From: a virus
Taxonomy: Duplodnaviria > Caudoviricetes
Direction: 5' to 3' (one strand)
IMG/VR virus record: IMGVR_UViG_3300027798_000134
Span: 1-33,183 of that record
Length of the DNA: 33,183 nt
The position numbers and the translations under genes were made by a program. Of this stretch, positions 9,089 to 19,073 are shown piece after piece; the first letter of the stretch is position 1, and every line of letters starts with the position of its first letter. A model generated the notes under the pieces. The model made no database searches. It saw only the letters and a program-made list of their open reading frames with translations, and was not told the origin of the DNA.

Positions 9089-10231
9089 CTATTTGCTTAG
9101 TTCAGTTTTTAACTTAGCAAGCAAGATTGGATTAACTTTCAATTCTTGAGCCAAAGCTTTTCTTGAATAGTTTTTCCCGTCAATCTTATGCCATTGCGGC
9201 TTGGTAAATACAATTGCACCAGATTTAAGTCCTCTGTCAATAAAGTCAGAAACCTCCTCGTCAGAGATGTCTGCTATAATAACCTGTGGAATCACTGGCT
9301 TTACATCTATTTTAATCTGATTAAGATCAGCGTTAGATGGAACATTTTGAAGTTCTGTTGCAACCTTAGGAAGAGACGCTTCTGGTCTTAATATTCCCAT
9401 GATTGCACTCCAAACCTTTTCTCCGTTTGGACTAAATGAAGCATCAACAAAGTCGTCCACTAAATCCTTACCCATTGGAGCTTGAGTGATAGCACCGCCA
9501 TCCTTCCAATTGATAGTGTTTGTAGATGAGTTCTTAACGATGATACCCTCCTTAATTGCTTCCATAACGAAATACTTACGCTTCATCTTAGGACTTCTTA
9601 AGCCTTCCATGAATTGCTTAGGATCAAGAGTTGCCTTCATTCTTAATGAATAACGAATCTCACGAGAATCTCTATCCAAAGGAATACCTAACACCATTGC
9701 ATACGCTGCAACCTCGTCCCATTCTCCCTTGTAACAGAAGTGTTGTGCTTCTGCTAATAACTCATCGGAGTCCATTACCGACTTTAATCCTTCTCCTGGA
9801 TCTACAGTGAAGAAAGCAGGTCTTACAGACTTGTCTCTATTTGGATTGCTACCGTTTTTATTGGTAGTCATTAAATACTTGATTAATAATGTTTGACGAC
9901 CATCAACTAATTTATCACCATCAATAAATTCTAAATGAAAATTCTTTTTAGGGATCTTGTCGTCTGGGGTTTGTTCGTCTTGAAAGATTGACATCTCACC
10001 TGGGATGTATCTAATGTTTCTCATAACACCTGTAGAAGAGTCAAATACTTGATCTACCAACAGTAAACGATAAGAAGGAGGATAACTCACCCCTCTACCT
10101 CTGCCGCTTTTATAAGAAGGTGCCTGATTAATGTGGTTTAGAACAAAGATGAACTCTTTGCTAAAGAAATTACCTGATTTAAAATCAGAATAGGATCCCA
10201 ATTTTGTTTGGGACATTTGCATTGTTTCCAT
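9089..10231 (-). CDS. Hypothetical protein of the head module
   Basis: 380-aa ORF directly downstream of the capsid gene. No recognisable catalytic motif. Confidence 0.7.
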   Translation of the reverse strand: METMQMSQTKLGSYSDFKSGNFFSKEFIFVLNHINQAPSYKSGRGRGVSYPPSYRLLLVDQVFDSSTGVMRNIRYIPGEMSIFQDEQTPDDKIPKKNFHLEFIDGDKLVDGRQTLLIKYLMTTNKNGSNPNRDKSVRPAFFTVDPGEGLKSVMDSDELLAEAQHFCYKGEWDEVAAYAMVLGIPLDRDSREIRYSLRMKATLDPKQFMEGLRSPKMKRKYFVMEAIKEGIIVKNSSTNTINWKDGGAITQAPMGKDLVDDFVDASFSPNGEKVWSAIMGILRPEASLPKVATELQNVPSNADLNQIKIDVKPVIPQVIIADISDEEVSDFIDRGLKSGAIVFTKPQWHKIDGKNYSRKALAQELKVNPILLAKLKTELSK

Positions 10232-10273
10232 TTTTTTTAATTTAATTTAATTTAATTACTATAATATAAAATA

Positions 10274-10305
10274 AAGGAAGCGAGAGATATTCTTCTCGCT
10301 TCCTT
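10274..10305 (-). terminator. Rho-independent terminator after the major capsid gene
   Basis: AAGGAAGCGAGA / TCTCGCTTCCTT perfect stem with a T-tract on the minus strand. Confidence 0.8.
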
Positions 10306-10315
10306 CTTAATCATG

Positions 10316-11752
10316 TTATGCAGGAGTAACCCAAACAAAACGACCAGGAGCAAACCCTTCGAATCCGAAGTGAGATCTCCAGTTGATTTGTAAACTGTCT
10401 GACTCATTAGTGTAAACACCATTAGCACCACCAGTTGGCCACTCTTCCCAATCACGAGAATATGTTCCACCAGCCTTAGACTGAGAAACGTAGTTCATAC
10501 GGATAGATGGAACTGTTTCTTTTTTGTCATCTGGACCAAAAGAGTGAACTCCTTTATCCATTGGGATAACAACAGCTGATTGAACGTAAGTTTGACCAGC
10601 AGCACCTAACATATTTTTGTAGTTGAATACATCATATGTTTTCAAGTGGTAAGTGTAACCTTGAACCATGAAAGAATCAAAAGAGAAATTCACGAATTGA
10701 TCTTTTCCACCAGAGAAAGCACCATATTGAACACCACCGTTTTTCATTTCGATAGACACGAAGTTGTCAATACCAGTACGCAATTGAATACCTGAATAAA
10801 CAGCGTTTTCTTTTGCACCACGATACTTATCGATTTGATCAGTAGTCATTGTTTGCCAATCTGCCTTAGTAATACCAGTGATAGCATTGTACGTAGTTGT
10901 GTTACCATAGTTTTGAACGAAAGGAATCATACCTTCAGTCTTAGTTAAAGTAGGTTGAGCAGTAGCAAGAACTGTATTTGTAACTTTCTTACCAGTGATT
11001 AAAGCTACCTCACGTAAGTTACGAGAAGCTCTGTATGCATCATGTTGTCCCTTGTAGTAATACAAGTAACCCATTTGACCGTTTAATCCTTCAACCTCTA
11101 CCCAGATTTCTTCACCTAATGAAGTACCTGTAGACTTGTTGCTTTCCTTCAAGATCTGCATGTTATTAACGTAACGGTTAATTCTACGAGCTTGAGAAAG
11201 TGGTTGATCAGTTCCCTCTTGGTGAGCATTACCAGTGATAATTAATGTATCAGTAATAAGAACCGCAGGAATAGATTCACCTGAAACAACAGGAGTAACA
11301 GCGAATGTTGAACCAGAAACAGCAGTTACTTGAGCCTCAACACCGTTTGGAAACTTAATCGTATCCTGTAAACGAACTGGATTAGTTGTTCCACCCATTG
11401 TGGTTGGAGGTGTTGGAACTACTAAGTAAGGAGAAATTGCTCCAGCTGGCCATGTGTAAGTGTAACCAGCAGCAACAGTTAAAGTAACAGCTGCATCAGG
11501 AGCTCCACCTGCATTTGCATCACACTTAACTACTTCATGCAACCAATCTTCTTCAGAGTGCATGTACTCAATACCTGAGATAGGGTTCCATCCGCCAAGC
11601 TCATTCATTAAGCCTGTCATGTTTTGATCTCCTAGAGCCTTGTACAATTTAGAATCGTACTGTGGCTTCAATAGGTTGTATAATTGTGCAGAACCTACCC
11701 AGTTGTGGGATGTTACTGCTTGTACCATGCTTGGTACGCTTGATAATGCCAT
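10316..11752 (-). CDS. Major capsid protein
   Basis: 478 aa in the order portal-scaffold-MCP-strong terminator. Motifs typical of this capsid class (GNAHQEGT, NNMQILKES, TEGMIPFV, FGFEG near the C-terminus). Confidence 0.85.
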   Translation of the reverse strand: MALSSVPSMVQAVTSHNWVGSAQLYNLLKPQYDSKLYKALGDQNMTGLMNELGGWNPISGIEYMHSEEDWLHEVVKCDANAGGAPDAAVTLTVAAGYTYTWPAGAISPYLVVPTPPTTMGGTTNPVRLQDTIKFPNGVEAQVTAVSGSTFAVTPVVSGESIPAVLITDTLIITGNAHQEGTDQPLSQARRINRYVNNMQILKESNKSTGTSLGEEIWVEVEGLNGQMGYLYYYKGQHDAYRASRNLREVALITGKKVTNTVLATAQPTLTKTEGMIPFVQNYGNTTTYNAITGITKADWQTMTTDQIDKYRGAKENAVYSGIQLRTGIDNFVSIEMKNGGVQYGAFSGGKDQFVNFSFDSFMVQGYTYHLKTYDVFNYKNMLGAAGQTYVQSAVVIPMDKGVHSFGPDDKKETVPSIRMNYVSQSKAGGTYSRDWEEWPTGGANGVYTNESDSLQINWRSHFGFEGFAPGRFVWVTPA

Positions 11753-11774
11753 TGTTTTTTAAAATTAAAATTGT

Positions 11775-12884
11775 TTATAAATGTTTTTCTGCTTCCTGTA
11801 AGGCTTTCACTCTCCAGTCAACTTTCGTTGATGTAGTTGAAGCGTTTGGCTCAAACTGGACATTTTTAATCGACTTAACCTCGGACTCCTTGCCCTTAGC
11901 TAAAGCGTTTTGGTGTGCTATCTTAATAATGTTGTCCTTATTCTTGTGGAACAATATCATCTCGTACACAGCCTTTTGATTTACTTTTCCATCCTTATCC
12001 GCAAATTGATTCCAAAAAACCGAAATATCTTTCGTCATTGACTTCATCATGTCAGCAGCATATTTCTTATCCGCATCAGACACTTCGAAATCAACCGTAT
12101 CTTTGTCATCGATCCTTGTTGATAATTTTGAAGTTTTATTGGCAAGCTCCTCGTCAACAAATCTTTCCCAGTTGTCCTGTGCCTGTCTTTCTGACTCAGC
12201 CTTTTTCGACAATTGTGTTGGATCTGGTGTCTTAGAAAATGTTCTCTCATTTTTGTAATCAACTAACCACTCTCTATCCTTTAATGCATCACGCTTTAAA
12301 AGTTCGATGTTGTGCTGATCCTCATCAGTGAGATCCTCATCATCCTTGTCAACCCATTCGTCTAAGTTATATTTTTTATTCAACTCAAACTCTAAGCTTC
12401 TCGCAGATAATCCAGCGTAATCAGGGTGACGTTTCATCGCCTCTCTTCTGATTTCCAATGGATCGTCCATATTCTCAAAATCTTTTTCTTGTAATTCAAA
12501 GAACTCTTTGTCTAAATTGACACCCTTTTTTACAAGGTCATTCCAGTGTTTAACTTGCTCGCTTGCAAATTCTTCTTTCGGAGTCTTTACAATAGCTTCT
12601 ACGTCTTCCCACTTATTAAATTTACCTTCGGTTCTTTCGGCTAACTCCTCCTCAAATGACTTGTAGGTTTTCGCTGCTGCTGAGTCCGAACCTGTATCAA
12701 CAGGATCTGGTTTATTATCTTCTAAAGTATTTGCTGGTTCAGCTGGTGGAGTAGACTCTACTGGCTTTGTTTCAACAATTGACTCTTTAATTACATTCTC
12801 AAAGCCCATCCCCGTTGTGTCAACTGGTGAGCCTTTAAATGCTTGATTTAATCCTGCTTGAATTTCTTCTTGTAATGAATCCAT
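11775..12884 (-). CDS. Capsid scaffolding protein (putative)
   Basis: 369 aa, very acidic and helical with a disordered N-terminus. Lies between portal and MCP. Confidence 0.7.
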   Translation of the reverse strand: MDSLQEEIQAGLNQAFKGSPVDTTGMGFENVIKESIVETKPVESTPPAEPANTLEDNKPDPVDTGSDSAAAKTYKSFEEELAERTEGKFNKWEDVEAIVKTPKEEFASEQVKHWNDLVKKGVNLDKEFFELQEKDFENMDDPLEIRREAMKRHPDYAGLSARSLEFELNKKYNLDEWVDKDDEDLTDEDQHNIELLKRDALKDREWLVDYKNERTFSKTPDPTQLSKKAESERQAQDNWERFVDEELANKTSKLSTRIDDKDTVDFEVSDADKKYAADMMKSMTKDISVFWNQFADKDGKVNQKAVYEMILFHKNKDNIIKIAHQNALAKGKESEVKSIKNVQFEPNASTTSTKVDWRVKALQEAEKHL

Positions 12885-12921
12885 TTTGTTTTTTTTAATT
12901 AAATTTAACTACTAATAATTG

Positions 12922-12955
12922 CAAATATAAATTCTTATTTAAAATGATTATAAAT
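12922..12955 (-). promoter_or_regulatory. Promoter (TATATTTG) with a 19-bp imperfect palindrome, upstream of scaffold/MCP
   Basis: ATTTAAAATGATTATAAAT at 12937-12955, at the same distance from the -7 box as in the 782 and 15599 copies. Confidence 0.7.
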
Positions 12956-12966
12956 TAGAGCTTATT

Positions 12967-15564
12967 TTAAAGCATTGCGGGTGTTCCCATCGCACCACTC
13001 ATCTTTTCTTTTTCTAATTGATGGTTTTTACCTTGTTTGATTTCTTCACTAAGGTTAACTAAGTGACGATCTGCAACTTTACCTTCGTTGGCAACGTGCT
13101 GTGCAGCAACCTTACCTTGGTTAGCAGCATCTTGAACATCTTTTCTACCACCAGTATTAATGTAGGCAACAGTGTCTGCACCTTGATTTTTAAGTGATTG
13201 AAGTTGCATCTGTAGACTGTATTCAAACTCAAGTTTTCTCATATCAATCTCCGCTTGGGCATTGATGACAGCGATTTTATTTGCTGTTACAGCTTGATCT
13301 AATTGTGCCTGTGCTTGAGATGCAGCCTGTGCAGATTGCATCTGAACCTGACCATTGTTTTGTATGTCGGCAGTTTTAGCAGCCTGTGCATTCTTTCTGT
13401 TTCTCTCCTCAAACAACACCATTAGTTGAGCAGCTGACTTAACGTCCTCCTTCAACACCTGGCGAACACGAACAACATCAGATGGCATTAGTATACCCTG
13501 GTTAATACCAAGACCAATAAGGTTCTCAAGCTGAAGCTTCTCCTCCTCATCGGGTAGCAACTCAATGTTAATGGCAAACTGATTGTAAGCAATCTTTTTA
13601 CCGTATGTTATTGTATCAGTTGAATACGATCCGATTGCATCCATGAATGCCTTGTTGTTATAAACAATGCTATCCTGTATCATTAGAGCAATTCTTTTTG
13701 CTTGACGGACAATAAGGTTATTAGCGAACTGATAAAGCGGTCTCAATGCATTGTTTGATGCTTGAGCTGCCATCTTCTGTAAACCAACTAAAGCCTCTGA
13801 GTCAGGAGAACTCGCATCAACTGCTGAGTTATATCCGATAACGTCATTCATCTTCTGAAGCTCTTGATTGTATGCCTGGAATAAAACAGCAAAGTCTCTT
13901 CCGATTCCATTCTGCAATGGCTCGATTACACGACCATTGATAGGGTTACCATTCTTATCACGACTTCTAAATGTGTATGATCCTGTTTGCTCGTACATCT
14001 TAGTAATCTCAATACCATCCATCTTGGAGTTATTAGGGTTACCCATACCAGAAACAATTGCATCCATACCCTCTAAGTCGATAGCCACACCAGGAGGCTT
14101 CGCTTTAATTAATAGCTGCTGAGTCTTTAAGTTGATCAAGTTAATCTGATCCTCGTGAGGAATCATTCTCTCAACAAGTGACTTGTTCTCCATGTCATAG
14201 ATACCAGGAGCAACAATACATATTGGTAACTCCGCCTTTGGGCTATAGCTACCTGTTGCATTATCTCTCTCGATGTTTTCTGACATCTTATAGTTGAAGA
14301 GGTAAGATGTTCCAGGAACCCAAACCCCTTCGTATCTGTACTGATGTTGTTTTGAAATAACTTCAATTGCAGCAGATCTCTTGTCTGTCTTTAACTTTGC
14401 AAAGTATTTTCTTGCATCGTCAGATGTCTTTGCAACACCCTTTCCAACCTCAAGTTCTTCACCCTTAACCTTCCACATTGTGTCTGACTCAACAAGCACA
14501 ATAACGTCTGGGGAAACCTCGTTTGTATAGTTGTCTGCTTTTTTATCAAAGAAGAATCCACCCTTTGGGTTAACCTTCTTTGTGCTAACGTCTCTATTAA
14601 TTGTAAGGAAAAAGAATTCCATTACAGTAATGTTGAAGTTATAATAAGGACGAGATGCAGTTAATCCTGTGTTGTTGTAATAACCCTCATACGACAATGA
14701 CCAGCTCCACAATGGGTTGTTATTTTTTCCAGCTTGCGTTTTTGCGATTTCAAACAACTGCTCATCCGTAAATTTCGGATTCATTTGAGCCAGCTCGTTT
14801 ATAGTGTACTGCTTTAAAACACCTACATACTGAATGTTTTTAAAGTCTTCATATTTTGAATATGGAGTAATAACATCGACTGGATCTACATAGTCATATC
14901 TAATGTTTTTATTCTCATCGTAGTAACGGTATGTTGCTGCACGCTTGATTACAACCAAGTCACGCAGTATCTTTCTACGAATCTCCTCAGAGTCGTTGTT
15001 CTGGAAGACAAACTGTAAAGCCTTCTCCATTGCAATCGATGCAGCTGGCTTGTACTTTAACTTCAAGTCAAGCTCTGCCTCCTCATCCGTTTCTGGGATG
15101 TTTCTACTCTTATCAACCATAGAGATTCCTGTGGTCTGCTCCATTGACTCAGAAAACTCCTTTAGGAACATGTCAGCATAAAGCTTGTCTCTGTGCTTGT
15201 CAAATTCTGTCTTTGATTCTGGATCAATGGCATTACACTGAATCTTATAGTTTTGATTCATCATCCGTCCAACAATATTGTCAACGATTGTTGCAATTCT
15301 GTTAACTGGAGAGAAGTCAAGGTTTAAGTATGATGTGTCACCATTTAAGTCAAGGCGATCCTTGTACTTCTGTATGGATTCAAGTCCTTCAGCGTACTTC
15401 CTATTCATAATATCACGCTGTCTGCGTGTGTTAAATAGGGTACTATTCTTTGTATATTCCGACCAGATTGCTCTCGCATATCTTAATCCATATTCATCCT
15501 CAGCCTTCTCTTCTTTAGTTGCTAAGAATGATGGAAATGAAGAAATATTTTTGTCATCTGCCAT
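12967..15564 (-). CDS. Portal protein
   Basis: 865 aa with a Q/A-rich C-terminal coiled coil. Motifs GDTSYLNLDFSPV, SLVERMIPHEDQI and MYEQTGS. First gene of the head module. Confidence 0.8.
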   Translation of the reverse strand: MADDKNISSFPSFLATKEEKAEDEYGLRYARAIWSEYTKNSTLFNTRRQRDIMNRKYAEGLESIQKYKDRLDLNGDTSYLNLDFSPVNRIATIVDNIVGRMMNQNYKIQCNAIDPESKTEFDKHRDKLYADMFLKEFSESMEQTTGISMVDKSRNIPETDEEAELDLKLKYKPAASIAMEKALQFVFQNNDSEEIRRKILRDLVVIKRAATYRYYDENKNIRYDYVDPVDVITPYSKYEDFKNIQYVGVLKQYTINELAQMNPKFTDEQLFEIAKTQAGKNNNPLWSWSLSYEGYYNNTGLTASRPYYNFNITVMEFFFLTINRDVSTKKVNPKGGFFFDKKADNYTNEVSPDVIVLVESDTMWKVKGEELEVGKGVAKTSDDARKYFAKLKTDKRSAAIEVISKQHQYRYEGVWVPGTSYLFNYKMSENIERDNATGSYSPKAELPICIVAPGIYDMENKSLVERMIPHEDQINLINLKTQQLLIKAKPPGVAIDLEGMDAIVSGMGNPNNSKMDGIEITKMYEQTGSYTFRSRDKNGNPINGRVIEPLQNGIGRDFAVLFQAYNQELQKMNDVIGYNSAVDASSPDSEALVGLQKMAAQASNNALRPLYQFANNLIVRQAKRIALMIQDSIVYNNKAFMDAIGSYSTDTITYGKKIAYNQFAINIELLPDEEEKLQLENLIGLGINQGILMPSDVVRVRQVLKEDVKSAAQLMVLFEERNRKNAQAAKTADIQNNGQVQMQSAQAASQAQAQLDQAVTANKIAVINAQAEIDMRKLEFEYSLQMQLQSLKNQGADTVAYINTGGRKDVQDAANQGKVAAQHVANEGKVADRHLVNLSEEIKQGKNHQLEKEKMSGAMGTPAML

Positions 15565-15583
15565 TATAAGAGTAATTTAAAAA

Positions 15584-15617
15584 CAAATATATATTTTTAT
15601 TTAGAATGATTACAAAT
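15584..15617 (-). promoter_or_regulatory. Portal promoter TTTG-N21-TATATTTG with a 19-bp imperfect palindrome
   Basis: ATTTAGAATGATTACAAAT at 15599-15617; -7 box at 15584-15591. Confidence 0.7.
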
Positions 15618-15641
15618 AGCACTCAAATAAACCCTAACAAT

Positions 15642-15672
15642 TTTGTTATTAAAAAAACTTTATTTACATTTG
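15642..15672 (+). promoter_or_regulatory. Divergent Bacteroidota promoter TTTG-N19-TACATTTG
   Basis: Matches the consensus. The ATG follows only 4 nt later. Confidence 0.7.
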
Positions 15673-15676
15673 CATC

Positions 15677-15868
15677 ATGATATACAATCAAGAGCAAGCA
15701 CTACATGAAATCTTTTGGGAAAACACATCAGCTTTGTCCCCAAAGTATTATGTATACAAGTCAAGACTTATAAAGGGTAAACTTTCTCAGAAGAAAATAA
15801 ACGAGATACTTGCCGACAACAAGTTCGTACTTTCACAAGATGTTTTATATAAAAAAATTAAGAAGTAA
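15677..15868 (+). CDS. Small basic hypothetical protein
   Basis: 63 aa, translationally coupled (TAATG) to the next ORF. Confidence 0.6.
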   Translation: MIYNQEQALHEIFWENTSALSPKYYVYKSRLIKGKLSQKKINEILADNKFVLSQDVLYKKIKK

Positions 15869-16239
15869 TGTACAACTACATAAAGAAGGCGATCTATATA
15901 AAGGTTGAGACAGACAGCAAGGTTTTCAATAAAGCCTTTAAAAGAAAGCTTAATGAGATAAATGTTCCAAACGATGAGAGCTGGGCAGCTGTAATGAACA
16001 GAGAGAATGAGTTCATCCGAATCATTAACGATGGGGCATATATCGACTTCAAAATCCAAAAGATATTCCTTGATCGAGACTATGTGATACGACTCGGGGA
16101 CATCATCGACTTCGACAGACAAAAGACTCACACATACATAAACGTCAAAACAAATGTCACATGTGTGGCAACAACAATACAGGAGGCATCGAGCTTTTTA
16201 GGAGTAAACATAAGACACGTTAAAAAAGTAAAACTATGA
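15868..16239 (+). CDS. Hypothetical protein with a NUMOD1-like C-terminal HTH
   Basis: 123 aa. C-terminal TTIQEASSFLGV motif. ATGA overlap with the next gene. Confidence 0.55.
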   Translation: MYNYIKKAIYIKVETDSKVFNKAFKRKLNEINVPNDESWAAVMNRENEFIRIINDGAYIDFKIQKIFLDRDYVIRLGDIIDFDRQKTHTYINVKTNVTCVATTIQEASSFLGVNIRHVKKVKL

Positions 16240-17042
16240 TTCAAGGATTAGACAACTACGTTAAATTAGAGCCAGTGTCACACACATACAAGGACACTGA
16301 TGGGAATGATTATGAATCGGTATCGAAGTTTAGATCACCATTCAAGAAGGCATTCAACAAGGAGATGATCTCCAGTCAGGTTGCAAAGTCTGAGGGAAGA
16401 ACAAAGCAGTCTGTGCTTGACGAGTGGGAGAGTAGAACAGACGAAGGAACCCGAATACATAACGCAATTGAAAGGTTTAACAAGACAACAGAGGTTCTTC
16501 CAGAGGATGAAGACCTTCGGGAGGCAATCCTTGACATCGTGTCACAGTACACAGGATACTACAGGGTATACAACGAGGTTGTTGTTTATGATGAAGAGAA
16601 CAGGCTTGCTGGTACAATGGATCAACCAATGCAGGTAACATCAAGCAAGAAGTCTGTGATAGACCTCGTTGACTTCAAGACAAACTACCAGGGCATAAAG
16701 CAGAAGGAGATCGACAAGCATGGTAAGCTTAGAAATGATTACATGCTAGGATGCCTATCACACCTTCAGAACTCAAAGTACAATGACTATGCTATTCAGT
16801 TGTCTATCTACGCATACATGATGGAGAAGAAGACTGGGCTTAAGATTGGTCAGCTGTCAATACACTGGATAAACCCTGCAAATCCAATGCAGAACTTTCA
16901 GATACCTGTACCGTACATGAAGCACGAGGTGTTAGCGATGATACAGTGGAAGAAGGACAATGCAACACCGATAGTTCACCACGAGGTTGTAGCAACAAAG
17001 AAACAAGTGATAATAACTCAAGAAGAAAACTGGGACCTATGA
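16236..17042 (+). CDS. PD-(D/E)XK family exonuclease
   Basis: 268 aa. GTRIHNAIE, NEVVV, AGTMD, LVDFKT, YAIQLSIY motifs. Confidence 0.85.
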   Translation: MIQGLDNYVKLEPVSHTYKDTDGNDYESVSKFRSPFKKAFNKEMISSQVAKSEGRTKQSVLDEWESRTDEGTRIHNAIERFNKTTEVLPEDEDLREAILDIVSQYTGYYRVYNEVVVYDEENRLAGTMDQPMQVTSSKKSVIDLVDFKTNYQGIKQKEIDKHGKLRNDYMLGCLSHLQNSKYNDYAIQLSIYAYMMEKKTGLKIGQLSIHWINPANPMQNFQIPVPYMKHEVLAMIQWKKDNATPIVHHEVVATKKQVIITQEENWDL

Positions 17043-17446
17043 TAAGAAACTTTATAAAGATGAACATCGAATCGGCTCGGAAATTTCGACCTGATCCAAA
17101 ACCAGAAAAGGTTGTAAAGGAAAAGAAGAAGGGGCTATCCTACAAGCGTAAGGCTACAGGGGAAAAGGAGCTGTTCCTTGAGATATGGAACGAGAGACCT
17201 CACTACTCTCAAATATCATTTGAGCCACTGGGAGAGCCATCACCAATAAACTTCCTCCACGTTATCCCAAAGGGGATGAACAAGTACCCTAAGTTTAAGC
17301 TTAACAAGCAGAACATTGTACTCGGTACAGATGAGGAACACTACCTCTGGGACCACAACAGGAAGGCAATCGAGAACAATCCAGAGTGGAAGTGGATGTT
17401 TGAACTTGAGGCTTCCCTAAAGGAACAATATAAAAATTTAAAATAA
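17039..17446 (+). CDS. HNH-like (beta-beta-alpha-Me) nuclease
   Basis: Start reassigned to the ATGA overlap at 17039. FLHVIPKG...NIVL..EEH pattern. Confidence 0.6.
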   Translation: MIRNFIKMNIESARKFRPDPKPEKVVKEKKKGLSYKRKATGEKELFLEIWNERPHYSQISFEPLGEPSPINFLHVIPKGMNKYPKFKLNKQNIVLGTDEEHYLWDHNRKAIENNPEWKWMFELEASLKEQYKNLK

Positions 17447-17457
17447 TTCACTTTTTT

Positions 17458-17487
17458 TGTAACCTTTTTGAATTGCCTGCGTACAAC
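17458..17487 (+). promoter_or_regulatory. ECF-sigma-type promoter TGTAACC-N15-CGTACAAC
   Basis: Same motif as the small-ORF array copies, just upstream of the resolvase ATG. Confidence 0.7.
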
Positions 17488-17505
17488 TACCCAAAAACAA
17501 TAACT

Positions 17506-18180
17506 ATGGAAACAGCAATCGCATACATCAGAGTATCAACATCGGATCAGGAAGGCTCATTAGAGGTTCAAGAAAAACAAATCCGAGAGTACGCAAGGTT
17601 TAAGGGTATCACAATCTCTAAGTTCATCATTGACGAGGATGTCTCTGGGTTCACAGAACTTTACAAGAGAAAGGGTGGCTCGGAAATTAAGGCTGAACTC
17701 AACTCGGCAAACGCAATAATTGCAATCAAGCCAGACAGATTATTCAGAAATCTAAAGGATGCACTTATCACAGTTGACGAGTGGAACAGTAACGACATTG
17801 CACTGCACATCGTTGACATGGGTGGATCATCATTCACAACTAAGACAGCAATCGGTAGACTAATGTTCTCCACAATCATTTCATTTGCTGAGTTCGAGAG
17901 AAACATCACAGGAGAAAGAACTAAGGTTGTTCTTAAGAATAAGAAGGACACAAACAAGATCTACTCAAGACCAATGCTTGGCTTTGACAATGTTGATGGG
18001 AATCTTGTTCCAAACGAGTCAGAGCAAAAGATTATCAAGACGATAAAGGATCTGTCTGTAAACCACCGTCCAACAGGCATTGCAAACATCCTTAACGATG
18101 CTGGATATAGAACAAAGAACGGTAAAATGTTTTTACAGTCAACAGTTAACTACATCATTAAAAACGAAATCTATAAATAA
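17506..18180 (+). CDS. Serine recombinase (resolvase/invertase family) with a C-terminal DNA-binding domain
   Basis: AYIRVST (catalytic Ser), DEDVSG, PDRLFRN, FAEFERNITGERT. ATG at 17506. Confidence 0.9.
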   Translation: METAIAYIRVSTSDQEGSLEVQEKQIREYARFKGITISKFIIDEDVSGFTELYKRKGGSEIKAELNSANAIIAIKPDRLFRNLKDALITVDEWNSNDIALHIVDMGGSSFTTKTAIGRLMFSTIISFAEFERNITGERTKVVLKNKKDTNKIYSRPMLGFDNVDGNLVPNESEQKIIKTIKDLSVNHRPTGIANILNDAGYRTKNGKMFLQSTVNYIIKNEIYK

Positions 18181-18181
18181 C

Positions 18182-18760
18182 ATGAAGGTATTCAGATATA
18201 ACAGGGACACAGTTTCCTTTGAAAAATTAAAGACTCGATCATACATAAAGCTAACACTAATAATCGTAGCACTACTTGCACTTGCATATGTTTTGGGAAG
18301 AATGAGCGATCAGTACATTATAAGGAACTACACCCACAACACAAACGTGATAAAGAAGTCTGTGCTGCATGGTGAGCCATTCAGCGAAGATGCCCTGGTA
18401 GAGCTGCTTAAGAGCTGCAACATTAAGTACCCGCATATCGTTCTCGCTCAGGCAAAGATTGAGTCGGCAAACTTTACAAGCAACATCTTCAAGAAGAACA
18501 ATAACCTATTTGGGATGAAGCAGGCGAGAGTTCGTGTAACAACATCTCTTGGCACAAAGAATAATCACTCCTACTACAGGGACTGGATTGACTGCGTTTA
18601 TGACTACGCAATGTACCAAGCGAATGTAATGTGCAACATCGACACAGAGGATGAATACTTTGCAAAGCTTGGTGATAAGTACGCTGAGGACAGCACATAC
18701 GTCTCCACAGTAAAGAATGTAATAATCAAACAGAACCTAAAGAAAAACTTTGAAGAATAA
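18182..18760 (+). CDS. Membrane-anchored GH73 glucosaminidase (peptidoglycan hydrolase)
   Basis: N-terminal transmembrane helix LTLIIVALLALAYVLG. LAQAKIESAN, NNLFGMK and YAED..Y motifs. Confidence 0.8.
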   Translation: MKVFRYNRDTVSFEKLKTRSYIKLTLIIVALLALAYVLGRMSDQYIIRNYTHNTNVIKKSVLHGEPFSEDALVELLKSCNIKYPHIVLAQAKIESANFTSNIFKKNNNLFGMKQARVRVTTSLGTKNNHSYYRDWIDCVYDYAMYQANVMCNIDTEDEYFAKLGDKYAEDSTYVSTVKNVIIKQNLKKNFEE

Positions 18761-18761
18761 T

Positions 18762-19073
18762 ATGAAAACACAAGAAGAAATAGAAGCAATGGCAAATGAC
18801 TTTGTATCACTTGCTTTTAGCAAACAAGATTTGTATGATGGATTTATCAATGGCTATTTTCAATGTCAACAAGATATGGTTGAGAAATATACAGAGCAAG
18901 ATATGATTAAATTTGCATTTGATACTTACTACCAAGAAGATATGGCTAAGAAATACACAGAGGAAGATATGAGAGAATGTTGGAGGGCTTGTCTAAACTT
19001 TAATAAACCAGCTGGATTAGATAGCGGAATAAATTATTCTGATTTTATCAACTCACTAAACAAACAAGACTAA
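18762..19073 (+). CDS. Hypothetical protein with an internal KYTExDM repeat
   Basis: QQDMVEKYTEQDM / QEDMAKKYTEEDM duplication. Ends in LNKQD. Confidence 0.7.
   Translation: MKTQEEIEAMANDFVSLAFSKQDLYDGFINGYFQCQQDMVEKYTEQDMIKFAFDTYYQEDMAKKYTEEDMRECWRACLNFNKPAGLDSGINYSDFINSLNKQD

Noticed and set aside
1042-15580. Plus-strand and nested ORFs overlapping terL, groEL, MCP, scaffold and portal (e.g. 3919-4686, 4891-5340)
   Set aside because: These are antisense or off-frame shadows of well-supported genes, with no leaders or motifs.
17506-18180. Prophage integrase or IS607 transposon
   Set aside because: It is too short for a large serine integrase and has no N-terminal MerR HTH or adjacent tnpB. 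No host genes or att junction are visible in the window.
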